Assembly (NCBI GenBank): GCA_050739335.1
Contig: JBOIBB010000014.1
Span: 18,535-82,534 of the forward strand
Length of the DNA stretch: 64,000 bases
From: Gammaproteobacteria bacterium
GTDB lineage: Bacteria > Pseudomonadota > Gammaproteobacteria > Natronospirales > REEB76
Reading direction: 5' to 3'
In this document: positions 40,745 to 52,900 of the stretch, piece by piece
Layout: every line of letters starts with the position of its first letter
Numbering within the stretch: position 1 is the first letter of the stretch
Notes under the pieces: model-generated
What the model was told of the DNA's origin: nothing
What the model saw: the letters and a program-made list of their open reading frames with translations, nothing else
The model's database searches: none
Position numbers and translations under genes: made by a program

Positions 40745-42274
40745 TTATCCCACATCAAATTCGATTCCCTGGGCAAGCGGTAACTGGTCGGACCAGTTGA
40801 TGGTATTGGTTTGCCGGCGCATGTAGGCCTTCCATGCGTCCGTACCGGCCTCGCGTCCGCCGCCGGTCTCCTTTTCACCGCCGAACGCACCGCCGATCTC
40901 GGCACCCGAGGTGCCGATGTTGACGTTGGCAATGCCGCAGTCGCTGCCGAGGTGCGAGAGGAAGTACTCGGCATTCTTCAGACTGGTAGTGAAAATAGCC
41001 GACGACAGACCCTGACGTACGGCGTTGTGCATGGCGACGGCTTCATCGAGTGTCTTGTAGCTCATCATGTACAGGATGGGACCGAAGGTTTCGGTCTTTA
41101 CGATGTCCCATTGTTTGTTGGCACGCACGATGGCGGGCTCGACGAAGTTGCCGGGGCGCGCCAAGCGTTTACCGCCATAGAGAACTTTGCCGCCGGAGTT
41201 CTTAACGGTGGTGATAGCCTGCTCGTAACGCTGTACGGCCTCGGCGCTTGTGAGCGGCCCCATGAGCGTGCCCGGCTCGAGCGGATCGCCGATTTTTACC
41301 TGCCCGTAGGCCTGCGCGAGTTGTTTGCCCAACTGTTCCACAATGCTCTCGTGCACGATCAGCCGGCGCGTGGTGGTGCAACGCTGGCCGGCCGTGCCGA
41401 CCGAGCCGAAGACGATCGCGGGTATCGCGAGTTTGAGATCCGCGGTTTCGTCCACGACGATGGCGTTGTTGCCACCCATCTCGAGGATCGACTTGCCCAA
41501 GCGCGCCGCCACGGCTTCGCCGACTTTGCGCCCAACCGCCGTGGAACCCGTGAACGACACCAGCGCCACGCGTTCATCCTTGACGAAACGCTCCGCAAGC
41601 CGATTGTCGCCGTCGATGAAGAGCGAAAAGAACGCCGGGTAGCTGTGAGCTTCGAGTGCCTGGTTCACGATGCGTTGCACGGCGATCGCGCACAGCGGCA
41701 CGCGCGGCGAGGGCTTCCAGATCGTGATGTTGCCGCAGATCGCGGACACAAACGCGTTCCACGACCACACCGAGACCGGAAAATTGAATGCGCTGATTAC
41801 GCCCACGATCCCGAGCGGATGCCACTGCTCGTACATGCGGTGCTGCGGGCGCTCCGAGGCCATGGTGCGCCCGTAAAGCATGCGCGATTGACCGACCGCG
41901 AAGTCAGCGATGTCAATCATCTCCTGCACTTCGCCGTCGCCTTCGGGCTTGATCTTGCCCATCTCGAGCGACACCAGGCTGCCGAGCGCATCTTTGTATT
42001 CGCGCAGCGCATTGCCGATGAGGCGCACGGCTTCGCCGCGTTGCGGCGGTGGCACGTTGCGCCATTGCTCGAATGCGGCTTGGGCATCATGGATAACCTG
42101 CTCGTAGTCCTCGGCCGAGGCGCAATGGATTTGAGCAATCGGTTTGCCGTTGGCGGGGTTGATCGACTCGATCACGGGGCCGCCGGTTTTGCGCCAACCG
42201 CCCGTCGACGTCCATACTCCCGCGTTGTCCGCGGCGAGGCCGAGTGCACCCAGGATCTTGCCTGCATCCGCCAT
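40745..42274 (-). CDS. Aldehyde dehydrogenase, ALDH7/AmaB-like (alpha-aminoadipic semialdehyde / piperideine-6-carboxylate dehydrogenase)
   Basis: Motifs [20 protein letters not shown] and [12 protein letters not shown] (catalytic Cys) are present. The start is set at ATG 42274 with a GGAG RBS, 13 nt after the upstream stop. Confidence 0.85.
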   Translation of the reverse strand: MADAGKILGALGLAADNAGVWTSTGGWRKTGGPVIESINPANGKPIAQIHCASAEDYEQVIHDAQAAFEQWRNVPPPQRGEAVRLIGNALREYKDALGSLVSLEMGKIKPEGDGEVQEMIDIADFAVGQSRMLYGRTMASERPQHRMYEQWHPLGIVGVISAFNFPVSVWSWNAFVSAICGNITIWKPSPRVPLCAIAVQRIVNQALEAHSYPAFFSLFIDGDNRLAERFVKDERVALVSFTGSTAVGRKVGEAVAARLGKSILEMGGNNAIVVDETADLKLAIPAIVFGSVGTAGQRCTTTRRLIVHESIVEQLGKQLAQAYGQVKIGDPLEPGTLMGPLTSAEAVQRYEQAITTVKNSGGKVLYGGKRLARPGNFVEPAIVRANKQWDIVKTETFGPILYMMSYKTLDEAVAMHNAVRQGLSSAIFTTSLKNAEYFLSHLGSDCGIANVNIGTSGAEIGGAFGGEKETGGGREAGTDAWKAYMRRQTNTINWSDQLPLAQGIEFDVG

Positions 42275-42287
42275 CACGTACTCCGTT

Positions 42288-43445
42288 TCAGGCCACAAAT
42301 TGTTTGACGGCGTCGCCGGTGCGCACCCAGCGCGCGGAAAGCTCGGCGCTGTCGTCTTGTGCGTAGGCCTTGCCGAAGCGGTTGGCGAGCACGTCCGCAA
42401 GCTTGAACTGCTCCTGTTTGACCAAGCCCTTGTGGGTGCCGGATGAGTTCAGCACCAGGTCCACGACCGCGCACACGCCTGAAGTGGTCGTCACTTGAAT
42501 GGCGGACCAGAGTTTGCCGGCAATCTCCTGCGGGAAGATCTCGTTGACATAGTTTTCTTCCATGAGCTTGCCATGCTGCAGACCGGTGACCGACACGTAC
42601 ACGATGATGACATCCTGCACGGTGCGCGGAACGGCGCGCTCCAGAATGGTCTTGAGTTCATCCCGGTGCTCATTCAGGCGCAGGTCGTTCATGAGCATGC
42701 GCATGATTTCGCAATGGCCCGGGTAGCGCATGGTCTTGTAGGTCAGACTCCGTACCTTGCCCGCCCAGGTTTCGGCGAGCGAACCCAGGCCACCCGAGGT
42801 GTTGAAGGCTTCGTACAAGCGGCCCTGAAGCTGGATGGTCTCGAGTCCTTCGAGCGGGGTGAGCGTCGCAGGCTTGCCGTGCATGACGCCGTAGCAGAGA
42901 TTGCCGTACTCGTTGATCACGCCGTCCGAGGACCAGGTGAGCGCGTACTTGCTCATATTGCCGGGATTCTGAGGGAGGGCACCAACCCGCAGCTTGACGT
43001 CGTGCACTTCGTCAAAGTGGCGCATGAGTTCGTTGGCCGCGATGCTGATGAACCCGGGGGCCAGGCCGCATTGCGGCGCGAATACTGTAGTCGCGCCTTG
43101 TGCGGTTTTGGTGACCGCGCGCGTGACTTCCACATCTTCGGTGAGGTCGAAGTAGTGCAGATTGAGCTTGCGCGCGACCTCGGCGACGGGCGGATTGCAG
43201 AAATAGGGCAGACTGGAAACGACTGCGTCGACCGGATGCGCCTTCAAGTGTTTCTCCAGCGCCGCCTGGTCGCGGGCATCCACCTGATACGCCTTGAGCT
43301 TGGCGAGCTTCTCGCCGGCGATCACCGCTTGGGCCGCGTGGCCGTTCACATCGCCCAAGTCCACCTGATAATCACCGGACGCGGCCAACAGCCCCGAAAG
43401 CAGCGAGCCGATCTTGCCGGCTCCCAGTACCAGTACACGATGCAT
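42288..43445 (-). CDS. Saccharopine dehydrogenase-family protein (lysine dehydrogenase-like)
   Basis: It has the Rossmann motif [11 protein letters not shown], and its length and C-terminal domain fit the saccharopine dehydrogenase family. It sits in an operon with the ALDH7-like gene, which suggests lysine catabolism. Confidence 0.75.
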   Translation of the reverse strand: MHRVLVLGAGKIGSLLSGLLAASGDYQVDLGDVNGHAAQAVIAGEKLAKLKAYQVDARDQAALEKHLKAHPVDAVVSSLPYFCNPPVAEVARKLNLHYFDLTEDVEVTRAVTKTAQGATTVFAPQCGLAPGFISIAANELMRHFDEVHDVKLRVGALPQNPGNMSKYALTWSSDGVINEYGNLCYGVMHGKPATLTPLEGLETIQLQGRLYEAFNTSGGLGSLAETWAGKVRSLTYKTMRYPGHCEIMRMLMNDLRLNEHRDELKTILERAVPRTVQDVIIVYVSVTGLQHGKLMEENYVNEIFPQEIAGKLWSAIQVTTTSGVCAVVDLVLNSSGTHKGLVKQEQFKLADVLANRFGKAYAQDDSAELSARWVRTGDAVKQFVA

Positions 43446-43635
43446 GACAATTACTCCTGTCAGTTGGCAGCACGCACTCCGTCGAGATCGGAGCGCGGGC
43501 GGTGCAGCGAGAGTGCGATGCAGACACGCAAAGAAGGGCGGCGCCTGCGGCGAAGTGCTATTTTAGCGAATATTCACCGGGCCGCGCCAGTTCAGCTTTT
43601 TTTGACAGGCTGGCGCGAGTAGCATTGGCACGCGC

Positions 43636-44988
43636 ATGGAACGGCCACTCACACACAACTGGCGTCCCGATAGCTGGCAGACACACGATGCCGGACAGCA
43701 ACCGCTTTACGCCGACAACTCAGCGGTGCAACGTGTGCTCGCGGCGATCCACCAATTACCGCCGCTGGTGAGTTGGGGCGAAATCGACAACCTGCGCCGC
43801 CAACTCGCGGAAGCCGGGCGCGGTGAACGCTTCGTGCTGCAGGGCGGAGATTGCGCCGAGAGCTTCGACGATTGCACCGGTGTGCCGATCGCCAACAAAC
43901 TCAAAATCCTGCTGCAGATGAGCCTGGTGTTGGTGCACGGACTCAAGAAACGCGTGATTCGGGTGGGGCGCATCGCCGGGCAGTATGCCAAGCCGCGCTC
44001 CGCCGACATGGAAACCCGCGATGGCGTGACACTGCCCAGTTACCGCGGCGATATCATCAACCACGCGGGGTTCTCCGCCGCCGAGCGCGAGGCGGACCCG
44101 GCGCTGCTGCTGCGCGGCTACGAGTACGCCGCGCTCACGCTTAATTACGTGCGCGCGCTGATCGACGGCGGTTTTGCCGATCTGCATCATCCGGAACTCT
44201 GGGACTTGGATTTCGTGGGCAACTCGCCGCTCGCGGCCGAGTATCACCGCATCGTGCAGTCGATCCTGGATTCCCTGGGTTTCATGGAGTCGATCGCGGG
44301 TGGTGCCTCGGCGAACAGCCACGGCGTGGACTTTTTCACCAGTCACGAAGGCCTGCATCTTCTGTATGAGCAGGCCCAGACCCAGTTCGTGAGCGAGGCC
44401 GGGCGCTGGTACAACCTGTCCACGCATTTCCCGTGGATCGGCATGCGTACCGCCGACGTGACCGCAGCGCACGTCGAATACTTCCGCGGCATCGCCAACC
44501 CCGTGGCCGTCAAGGTGGGGCCGGGCATGACACCGGACAGCTTGCTGGCGCTCTGTGAGATGTTGAATCCGGACAACGAACTTGGGCGGCTCACTTTGAT
44601 CCACCGCTTTGGAGCACGCCGCATTCACGACCGCTTGCCGGAATTGATTGCCGCCGTACGCCGGCGCGGCAAGCAGGTGCTGTGGATTTGCGATCCAATG
44701 CATGGCAACACGGAGACCACGGCGAGCGGCCTCAAGACACGGCGTTTCGAAAACATTCTCGAGGAACTGGAGGCGGCCTTTGCGCTGCATGCCGAGCTCG
44801 GCAGCGTGCTCGCGGGTGTGCATTTCGAACTTACCGGCGAAGATGTCACCGAGTGCACCGGCGGCGCTTGTGGCCTGACCGACACCGATCTCGAACGGGC
44901 TTACAAATCGCATGTGGATCCGCGCCTCAATTACGAACAGGCGCTGGAGATGGCCATGCGCATCGCAGCACGCAAAGGCCGCCGCTAG
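43636..44988 (+). CDS. Class II 3-deoxy-7-phosphoheptulonate (DAHP) synthase
   Basis: The protein is 450 aa with an N-terminus W.P.SW...A.QQP.Y and the motif GQYAKPRS, both typical of plant-like class II DAHPS. Confidence 0.85.
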   Translation: MERPLTHNWRPDSWQTHDAGQQPLYADNSAVQRVLAAIHQLPPLVSWGEIDNLRRQLAEAGRGERFVLQGGDCAESFDDCTGVPIANKLKILLQMSLVLVHGLKKRVIRVGRIAGQYAKPRSADMETRDGVTLPSYRGDIINHAGFSAAEREADPALLLRGYEYAALTLNYVRALIDGGFADLHHPELWDLDFVGNSPLAAEYHRIVQSILDSLGFMESIAGGASANSHGVDFFTSHEGLHLLYEQAQTQFVSEAGRWYNLSTHFPWIGMRTADVTAAHVEYFRGIANPVAVKVGPGMTPDSLLALCEMLNPDNELGRLTLIHRFGARRIHDRLPELIAAVRRRGKQVLWICDPMHGNTETTASGLKTRRFENILEELEAAFALHAELGSVLAGVHFELTGEDVTECTGGACGLTDTDLERAYKSHVDPRLNYEQALEMAMRIAARKGRR

Positions 44989-45038
44989 CGAACTCCCCGC
45001 GGACTCGATCCGCCTGTTTTTTGGAAAGGCACACCCCC

Positions 45039-46370
<1,332 letters not shown>

Positions 46371-46438
46371 GCGCCGCGGGCTAGGCAAACTCAAGGATTT
46401 GCCGTACTCTTTCCCGCATCATCGCGACAAAGGGCGTA

Positions 46439-47107
46439 GTGCGCATGATCCGGGTTCTGCTGGTCGACGACCACAAACTGGTGCGCACCGGCATCCGACT
46501 GATTCTTGAAGACACACCGGACCTGAGCGTGGCCGGCGAAGCCGAATCGGGCGAAGCCGCTATCAATCTGTGCCGTACGCTCGACATCGACGTGGTATTG
46601 ATGGACGTGAGCATGCCGGGAATTGGCGGCCTCGAGGCGACCCGGCGGCTGCATGCCAACAATCCGCTCATCAAAGTGATCGTGGTTTCGGTACATGCCA
46701 CCGAGCCCTATCCACTGCGGCTTATGGAGGCCGGCGCGCAGGGGTATCTCACCAAGGATTGCGCTGCCGAGGAAATCGTGACCGCCATCCGCCAAGTGCA
46801 GCTGGGCCGACGCTACATTACGGCGAGCATCGCGCAACAGCTGGCGCTCGCCAAAGTGGACGCGGACCGCGCTTCACCGTTCGAGCAGCTCTCGCAGCGC
46901 GAAACCCAGGTGATGTTGATGATTGTCAGCGGCCAGCCGTCGCAGATCGTGGCCGCGAAGCTGCACCTCAGCCCCAAGACCGTGAGTACCTACCGTGGGC
47001 GCTTGTTTGCGAAGCTTGGGATCAGCAATGATGTGGAACTCACCCGTCTGGCGATGCGTTATGGAGTCATCGAGGAAAAGGCCCAACCGGAACCCGCATC
47101 CGACTGA
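46439..47107 (+). CDS. uvrY: UvrY/GacA-type response regulator (NarL/LuxR family)
   Basis: It has a receiver domain (VLLVDDH...VVLMDVSMPG) and a LuxR HTH (LSQRETQVMLMIVSGQPSQIVAAKLHLSPKTVSTYR). It lies immediately upstream of uvrC, as in enterics and pseudomonads. Confidence 0.9.
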   Translation: MRMIRVLLVDDHKLVRTGIRLILEDTPDLSVAGEAESGEAAINLCRTLDIDVVLMDVSMPGIGGLEATRRLHANNPLIKVIVVSVHATEPYPLRLMEAGAQGYLTKDCAAEEIVTAIRQVQLGRRYITASIAQQLALAKVDADRASPFEQLSQRETQVMLMIVSGQPSQIVAAKLHLSPKTVSTYRGRLFAKLGISNDVELTRLAMRYGVIEEKAQPEPASD

Positions 47108-47137
47108 ACGGCCAGCCCCCGGCCGGCGAGTCGAGCC

Positions 47138-48964
47138 ATGAGTACCAAGCCTGCGTTCGACAGTGCACGCTTCCTGCAGAGCGTAACCCAGGCGCCCGGT
47201 GTGTATCGCATGCTGGACGCGCAGGGCGCGATCCTCTACGTCGGCAAGGCCGGCAACCTCAAGAAGCGTCTGAGCAATTATTTCCGCCGCAGCGGCCAGC
47301 CGCCGAAAACCTCGGCGATGCTCACACACTTGGCGGGCATCGAAGTCAGCGTCACGCACACCGAGACCGAGGCGCTGCTGCTCGAGAACAACCTCATCAA
47401 GCAGTACCGGCCGCGCTACAACGTAGTGCTGCGCGACGACAAGAGCTATCCCTACATCCGCATCGAGACCGGCAAAGAATTCCCGCGCCTGAGCGTGTAC
47501 CGCGGGCCACAGCGTCCCGGCAGCCGCTATTTCGGTCCGTACCCGAGCGCCCATGCCGCACGTGAAACCGTGGTGCTGTTACAGAAGCTGTTTCGCTTGC
47601 GTCAGTGCAGCGACGCGTTTTTTCGCAACCGCAGCCGCCCCTGCCTGCAGTATCAAATCCAACGCTGCACCGCGCCCTGTGTGGGCCTGATCGACCGCGC
47701 GGCTTACGTCGAAGACGTGCACCACGCCATCATGTTCCTCGAAGGCCGCACCCGCGAAGTCATGGACGTGATGGTGCAGCGCATGGAACAGGCCGCGACC
47801 TCACAGAACTACGAGTTGGCCGCGCGCTATCGCGACCAGATCGCGAGCCTGAGGCGCACCGCGGAGCGTCAGCACATCGATGCCGCGCGTGGCGAGTTCG
47901 ACGTGATTGCTGCCAGCACGCGTGCCGGGATGCATTGCGTGAGTGTCACGCTGGTACGCGGCGGCCATAGTCTCGGCAGCCGGGCGTTCTACCCGAAGAC
48001 CGCGGGCGAAACCTCGAGCCGCGAAGTGCTCTCGGCCTTCCTGCCCCAGTACTATCTGGGACGCGACATCCCGCGCGCGATATTGGTTTCGGAAAGCATC
48101 GAAAACCTGCCGCTTTTGGCGGCCACCCTGAGTGAACAATCCGGACAGCAAGTAAGCATCCGCCGCCCGTTGCGCGGAGAGGGTCGACGGCTGCTCGAAC
48201 TCGCGCGCACCAACGCCAAGGAATCGCTTAACCTGCGGCTCGCCATGGATGCCGGTCTCAGGCAGCGCTACGAAGCCTTGCAGGAAACGCTCAATCTCGA
48301 GCAGTTGCCTGGGCGTCTCGAGTGTTTTGATATCAGCCACACGCTCGGCGAGGACACGGTGGCCTCCTGTGTGGTCTTCAACGCCGACGGTCCGCTGAAA
48401 GCCCAGTACCGGCGTTTCAATATCGAGGGGGTCGCGCCCGGCGACGATTTCGGCGCCATGCATCAGGCGCTCTTGCGCCGTTACACGCGTCTCAAGCAGG
48501 GGGAGGGCGTGGTACCGGACGTGCTGTTGATCGACGGCGGCAAGGGCCAACTGCACGAAGCCGAAAAGGTGCTCGAGGAGCTGCAGGTCGAAGGCGTAAC
48601 TCTGGTCGGCGTCGCCAAGGGTCCGAGTCGCCGACCGGGGATGGAAGAGCTTTTCTTGTCGGGCCGCAAGCAGCCCCTTATACTCCCGCCCGATTCGCCG
48701 GCGCTGCACTTGATACAACAAATCCGCGACGAGGCGCACCACTTTGCCATCACCGGACACCGCCAGCGGCGCGCGCGTGCGCGCCGCACCTCGATACTCG
48801 AGAGTGTACCGGGACTCGGGCCCAAGCGCCGGCAGTTGTTGCTCAAGCAATTCGGAGGCCTGCAGGGCATTACCCGTGCAGGCGTCGAAGACCTGAGCAG
48901 CGTATCCGGTATTGGCACGGAGCTGGCCGCGCAGGTATACGAATTTTTCCACAGCGATCATTGA
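47138..48964 (+). CDS. uvrC: Excinuclease ABC subunit C
   Basis: It has a GIY-YIG domain (GVYRMLDAQGAILYVGKAGNLKKRLSNY), a UVR domain and a C-terminal (HhH)2. The length is 608 aa. Confidence 0.95.
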   Translation: MSTKPAFDSARFLQSVTQAPGVYRMLDAQGAILYVGKAGNLKKRLSNYFRRSGQPPKTSAMLTHLAGIEVSVTHTETEALLLENNLIKQYRPRYNVVLRDDKSYPYIRIETGKEFPRLSVYRGPQRPGSRYFGPYPSAHAARETVVLLQKLFRLRQCSDAFFRNRSRPCLQYQIQRCTAPCVGLIDRAAYVEDVHHAIMFLEGRTREVMDVMVQRMEQAATSQNYELAARYRDQIASLRRTAERQHIDAARGEFDVIAASTRAGMHCVSVTLVRGGHSLGSRAFYPKTAGETSSREVLSAFLPQYYLGRDIPRAILVSESIENLPLLAATLSEQSGQQVSIRRPLRGEGRRLLELARTNAKESLNLRLAMDAGLRQRYEALQETLNLEQLPGRLECFDISHTLGEDTVASCVVFNADGPLKAQYRRFNIEGVAPGDDFGAMHQALLRRYTRLKQGEGVVPDVLLIDGGKGQLHEAEKVLEELQVEGVTLVGVAKGPSRRPGMEELFLSGRKQPLILPPDSPALHLIQQIRDEAHHFAITGHRQRRARARRTSILESVPGLGPKRRQLLLKQFGGLQGITRAGVEDLSSVSGIGTELAAQVYEFFHSDH

Positions 48965-48973
48965 GTTCGCCGC

Positions 48974-49543
48974 TTGCCAATCAATCTGCCGAATATTCTC
49001 ACGCTGCTGCGCATCGCGTTGATTCCGGTGTTCGTGGTGGTGTTTTACCTGCCGTTTGCCTGGGCGCCACCCGCGAGCGCGCTCACCTTCGCCCTCGCGG
49101 GCGTCACCGATTGGTTCGACGGCTGGCTCGCGCGGCGCTGGCACGAGACCTCGGCCTTCGGGGCATTCCTCGATCCGGTGGCCGACAAGCTCATGGTGAT
49201 TGCCGCGCTGGTGTTGATCCTGCAGCACGACCCGCACACCATCATGGCCATCCCGATCATGATCATCATCGGCCGTGAACTGACGATTTCCGCCTTGCGT
49301 GAATGGATGGCCGAACTCGGTGCGCGCAAGCGCGTGGCGGTGAGCTGGCTCGGCAAGGTCAAGACCGCCGTGCAGATGACCAGCATCGTGTTGCTGCTGT
49401 ACCGTCACACTATCGGCGCGGTACCTATTTACACGATCGGCGTGGGCCTGCTGCTGGTGGCGGCGGCCCTGACGCTTGCCTCCATGTGCGTATACCTCGT
49501 CGCCGCTTGGCCCGAGCTGCGGCGTGAACGGCGCACGCCTTGA
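48974..49543 (+). CDS. pgsA: CDP-diacylglycerol--glycerol-3-phosphate 3-phosphatidyltransferase
   Basis: The CDP-alcohol transferase motif is DWFDGWLARRW..GAFLDPVADK. The start is TTG at 48974. Confidence 0.9.
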   Translation: MPINLPNILTLLRIALIPVFVVVFYLPFAWAPPASALTFALAGVTDWFDGWLARRWHETSAFGAFLDPVADKLMVIAALVLILQHDPHTIMAIPIMIIIGRELTISALREWMAELGARKRVAVSWLGKVKTAVQMTSIVLLLYRHTIGAVPIYTIGVGLLLVAAALTLASMCVYLVAAWPELRRERRTP

Positions 49544-49578
49544 CAGCCTGGGGGGGAGCCTGCAATATCGCGCCCGCA

Positions 49579-49654
49579 GCGGGAATAGCTCAGTTGGTAG
49601 AGCGCAACCTTGCCAAGGTTGAGGTCGCGAGTTCGAGCCTCGTTTCCCGCTCCA
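49579..49654 (+). tRNA. tRNA-Gly (anticodon GCC), CCA encoded
   Basis: The sequence is GCGGGAATAGCTCAGTTGGTAGAGCGCAACCTTGCCAAGGTTGAGGTCGCGAGTTCGAGCCTCGTTTCCCGCTCCA. The anticodon loop is TTGCCAA. Confidence 0.95.
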
Positions 49655-49765
49655 GATCCCTACCTCGGCCGCTCCGGGGACTTTTGTCTTTCACGGCCGC
49701 ACGCCTCGGATTCCGCTGGAAATACACCGGTGTGGTAAATTTCGCCGGTCTCTCGCTTCATGAAT

Positions 49766-49836
49766 GGCTAGGTGGCAGAGTGGTCATGCAGCGGCCTGCA
49801 AAGCCGTGTACGCCGGTTCGATTCCGACCCTAGCCT
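49766..49836 (+). tRNA. tRNA-Cys (anticodon GCA), no encoded CCA, one C.A mismatch in the T stem
   Basis: The sequence is GGCTAGGTGGCAGAGTGGTCATGCAGCGGCCTGCAAAGCCGTGTACGCCGGTTCGATTCCGACCCTAGCCT. It has a perfect 7-bp acceptor stem, anticodon loop CTGCAAA and discriminator U. It is followed by CGC rather than CCA. Confidence 0.85.
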
Positions 49837-49917
49837 CGCAGGTGTGCGATGTGTCCGCCGCGGTGGCGGCACTGGCATCAACAGGGAGTTGCAGTTTGGA
49901 GTTGCAATCCTAGTCCT

Positions 49918-52900
49918 ATGTATCTCTCGGTCCTCGGATCGCATGCCAGGATACACGGTACCGTCGAGGTGCCGAACTCCAAATACCATGCCCACCGTGC
50001 GTTGATCCTCGCCTCACTCGCCGACGGCGTGAGCCGCATCACCGGCCTCACCGACGCCCGTCATGTGCAATACACGATTCGCGTGCTGCGCACGCTTGGC
50101 ATTGACATCGAAATACGCCACGACACCTTCGTGGTGCACGGCGGCCGGTATCGCCCGCGCCGCAGCAGTGTCTCGGCAGGCAGCTCCGGCACCACTTTGT
50201 ATTTCATGCTGGGCCTCGCGGCACTCGCCGAAACCGACGTGATCGTGACGGGGCAGAAGTATTTCCAGCGCCGCCCGGTCGGCCCGTTGCTCGCGGCACT
50301 GCGGCAGATGGGCGTCGGGGTGAGCTCGGGCACGGACTGCCCGCCGTTCGCGGTGAAAGCCCGGCGGCCGCTCGGCGGCGAAGTGCACATCCCGGGAACC
50401 TTGTCACAGTGGATCTCGGGGCTGATCTTGCTCGCGCCGTTCGCCACGCACGCGACCACGGTTATCGTGGATGGCCCGTTCAACGAGCGCAATTACGTGG
50501 CGCTGACGGTGCGCATGATGCGCAGCTTCGGCCTCGAGGTCACCGCCAGCGCCGATGGCCGGCGCTACACGATTGCACCGGATCAGCGTGCGCATCCCGC
50601 GGACCTCGTGATCCCTCCGGACATCGGCTCGGCGGCATTCGGTGTGGCCGCCGCGGCCATGCATCCTGCGGATGTGCTGTTGCATGGTTTGCGTTGCGCG
50701 CGCGCCGCCGAGGTCGACCATCCGGAAGCCGGCTTCCTCGACATTGCCGCGGCCATGGGTCTGCCGATGCAGGTCGATGCGCGCGCCGGCGGTCTGCGCA
50801 TCGTGCACTCGGGCGTGCGGCTCAAGCCGGTGACCGTCGACTGCCGCGATCTGCCGGATATGCTGCCGGTGCTCTCCGGCATGGCGTGTTTCGCCGACGG
50901 CGAAACGGTATTCACCAACGTCGAACACGTGCGGCTCAAGGAATCCGACCGCGTAACCTCGATGCTGCAACTGAACAGCATGGGCGGCGACGTCGACTTC
51001 GACGGTTCGAGTCTGCGCGTACGTGGAGTGCACGCATTGCACGGGGCGGACCTCTCGAGCTTCAACGACCACCGCGTACTCATGTCGCTTGCGGTAACCG
51101 CTTCGGCCGCTGAAGGCCGCAGCACCTTGACCTATCCGAATGCCTACCGGATTTCCTATCCGCGCTTTCTCGAAGCCATGCATACCTTCGGACTCGACAT
51201 GCAGGTGGAGAAACAGCGACTCGCGGCGCACAGCGGCAAACCCAGCCGTCCGCTCATCGAGGACCAAGAGGCGGTGGAACGTGCGGCCGGGGTAACCGGC
51301 GAGGCCTGGGTACGGCGCTGGGCGAAAGAAAAACCCGACGAAGTCGCGGTCGCGGAGGCGCGGCCCGAGACCACGAGGTATATGACCTGGGCCGAACTCG
51401 ATGCGCGTGCCGACCGGGTGGCGGCGCTGCTGCTCACGCTCGGCGTCGGCGCCAAAGACCGGGTCGCGATCCAGCTCCCCAACTGGTCGGAGTTCGTCGC
51501 CATTACGGTGGGCGCGATGCGCATCGGTGCGGTCGTCTGCCCCATCATGCCGATTTTCCGTGAACGTGAAGTCGCGTTTGCGCTGTTCCGTTCGCGCGCG
51601 AAGATCTTCATCTTGCCCGAAGAGTTCCGCGGCCGACGCCATGCCGAGGAGGCCGCCGGGGCACTGGCCAAAACCCAGTCGGGAGGCAGCCGTCACCTTG
51701 GCCTCACCGACGTGTGTGTGATCGGCAACCGGCGCGCCAGTCAATCCTTGGCCGCCAGCACCGCGGTGCGCTGGCATGACTGGGACGCCGAGCTCGAAGC
51801 GGTGTCGGTCGATCGTTCCGCCATCGACGCGCGCCGCCCGCGGGCTGAAGGTCCAGCGCAGCTGCTGTTCACTTCCGGCACTTCGGGGGAGCCGAAGGGC
51901 GTTATCCACACACATGCGACACTCTCACGGGCGGCCGCGATGGAAGTACGGCACCTGGGGCTCGGCCAACACGAAGTGATCTACGTGCCTTCGCCGCTTG
52001 CCCATCAGACGGGATTTCTCTACGGCATGTGGCTCGCCTTTACGCTCGGTGCACCACAACTGTTGCAGCCGGTATGGGACGCGGAGCGTGCGCTCAACGT
52101 GCTGCGCGGCTGGAAAGGCACGTTCGTGCAGGCCGCCACCCCGTTTCTCACGGATCTGGTGAAGGCGGTCGAGGCGGGCGCCGCACCCGCGCCCAGCCTG
52201 CGCATTTTCGTCGCCACCGGCGCGGCTGTACCACGCACGCTCGCGGAACGCGCAACCCGCGTGCTCGGCACCGCCGTTTGTGGTGCGTTCGGAACCACCG
52301 AGACCTGTCTCGGCGCCCTGGCCGCACCCGGCGACGCGCCGGTCAAGGTTTGGGGCACCGATGGGCGCGCGCTTGCGGGTGTCGAACTGCGGATCGTGGA
52401 CGAGCACGGCAAACGCCTGGCGCCCGGCGCCGAGGGTAACCTCGAGCTCAAAAGCGGCACGATGTTTGCGGGCTACCTCGATCGTCCGGACCTGACGCCG
52501 GCGGCCTTCACGGCCGACGGCTGGTACCGCACCGGCGATCTCGCCACCCTCGACGAAGAAGGTTTTCTGCGCATTACCGGCCGGGTGCGCGATGTCATCA
52601 ACCGCGGTGGCGAGAAAATCCCGGTAGCGGAAATCGAGGAGCTCTTGTATCGTCATCCGGACATCGAAGACGTAGCGGTCGTTGCCATGCCGGACGCGCG
52701 TCTGGGCGAGCGCGGCTGTGCCTTCGTGGTGTCCCGCAAGAGTAGTGCACTCACGTTTGCCGGCATGCAGCAATACCTCGATGCGCACCACGTATCGAAA
52801 CACTACTGGCCGGAACGTCTCGAACTGATCGACGTGATCCCGCGCAACGCCGTCGGCAAGATCCAGAAATTCGTGCTACGCGAACGCGCCAAGAATCTCG

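Noticed and set aside
44682-45038. A 119-codon N-terminal extension of the icd ORF (ORF-track start at 44682)
   Set aside because: It overlaps the 3' end of the DAHP synthase gene in another frame and has Arg/Ala-rich shadow composition. The ICD homology begins only at MQFEHLTPP (ATG 45039).
47801-49408. A 535-aa ORF antisense to uvrC/pgsA. Similar long antisense ORFs occur at 50404-51915, 43756-44913, 42495-43622, 40811-42307, 60227-61327, 24813-26120, 37597-38688 and 10018-10968
   Set aside because: These are typical shadow ORFs of high-GC DNA. They sit opposite genes with strong motif support, are rich in Arg/Gly/His/Ala, and contain no recognisable motifs.
49849-49917. An alternative start of the EPSPS-like fusion ORF 13 nt after tRNA-Cys
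   Set aside because: The extra 23 residues (MCPPRWRHWHQQGVAVWSCNPSP) have no counterpart in EPSPS-fold proteins. Homology starts at MYLSVLGS (ATG 49918).
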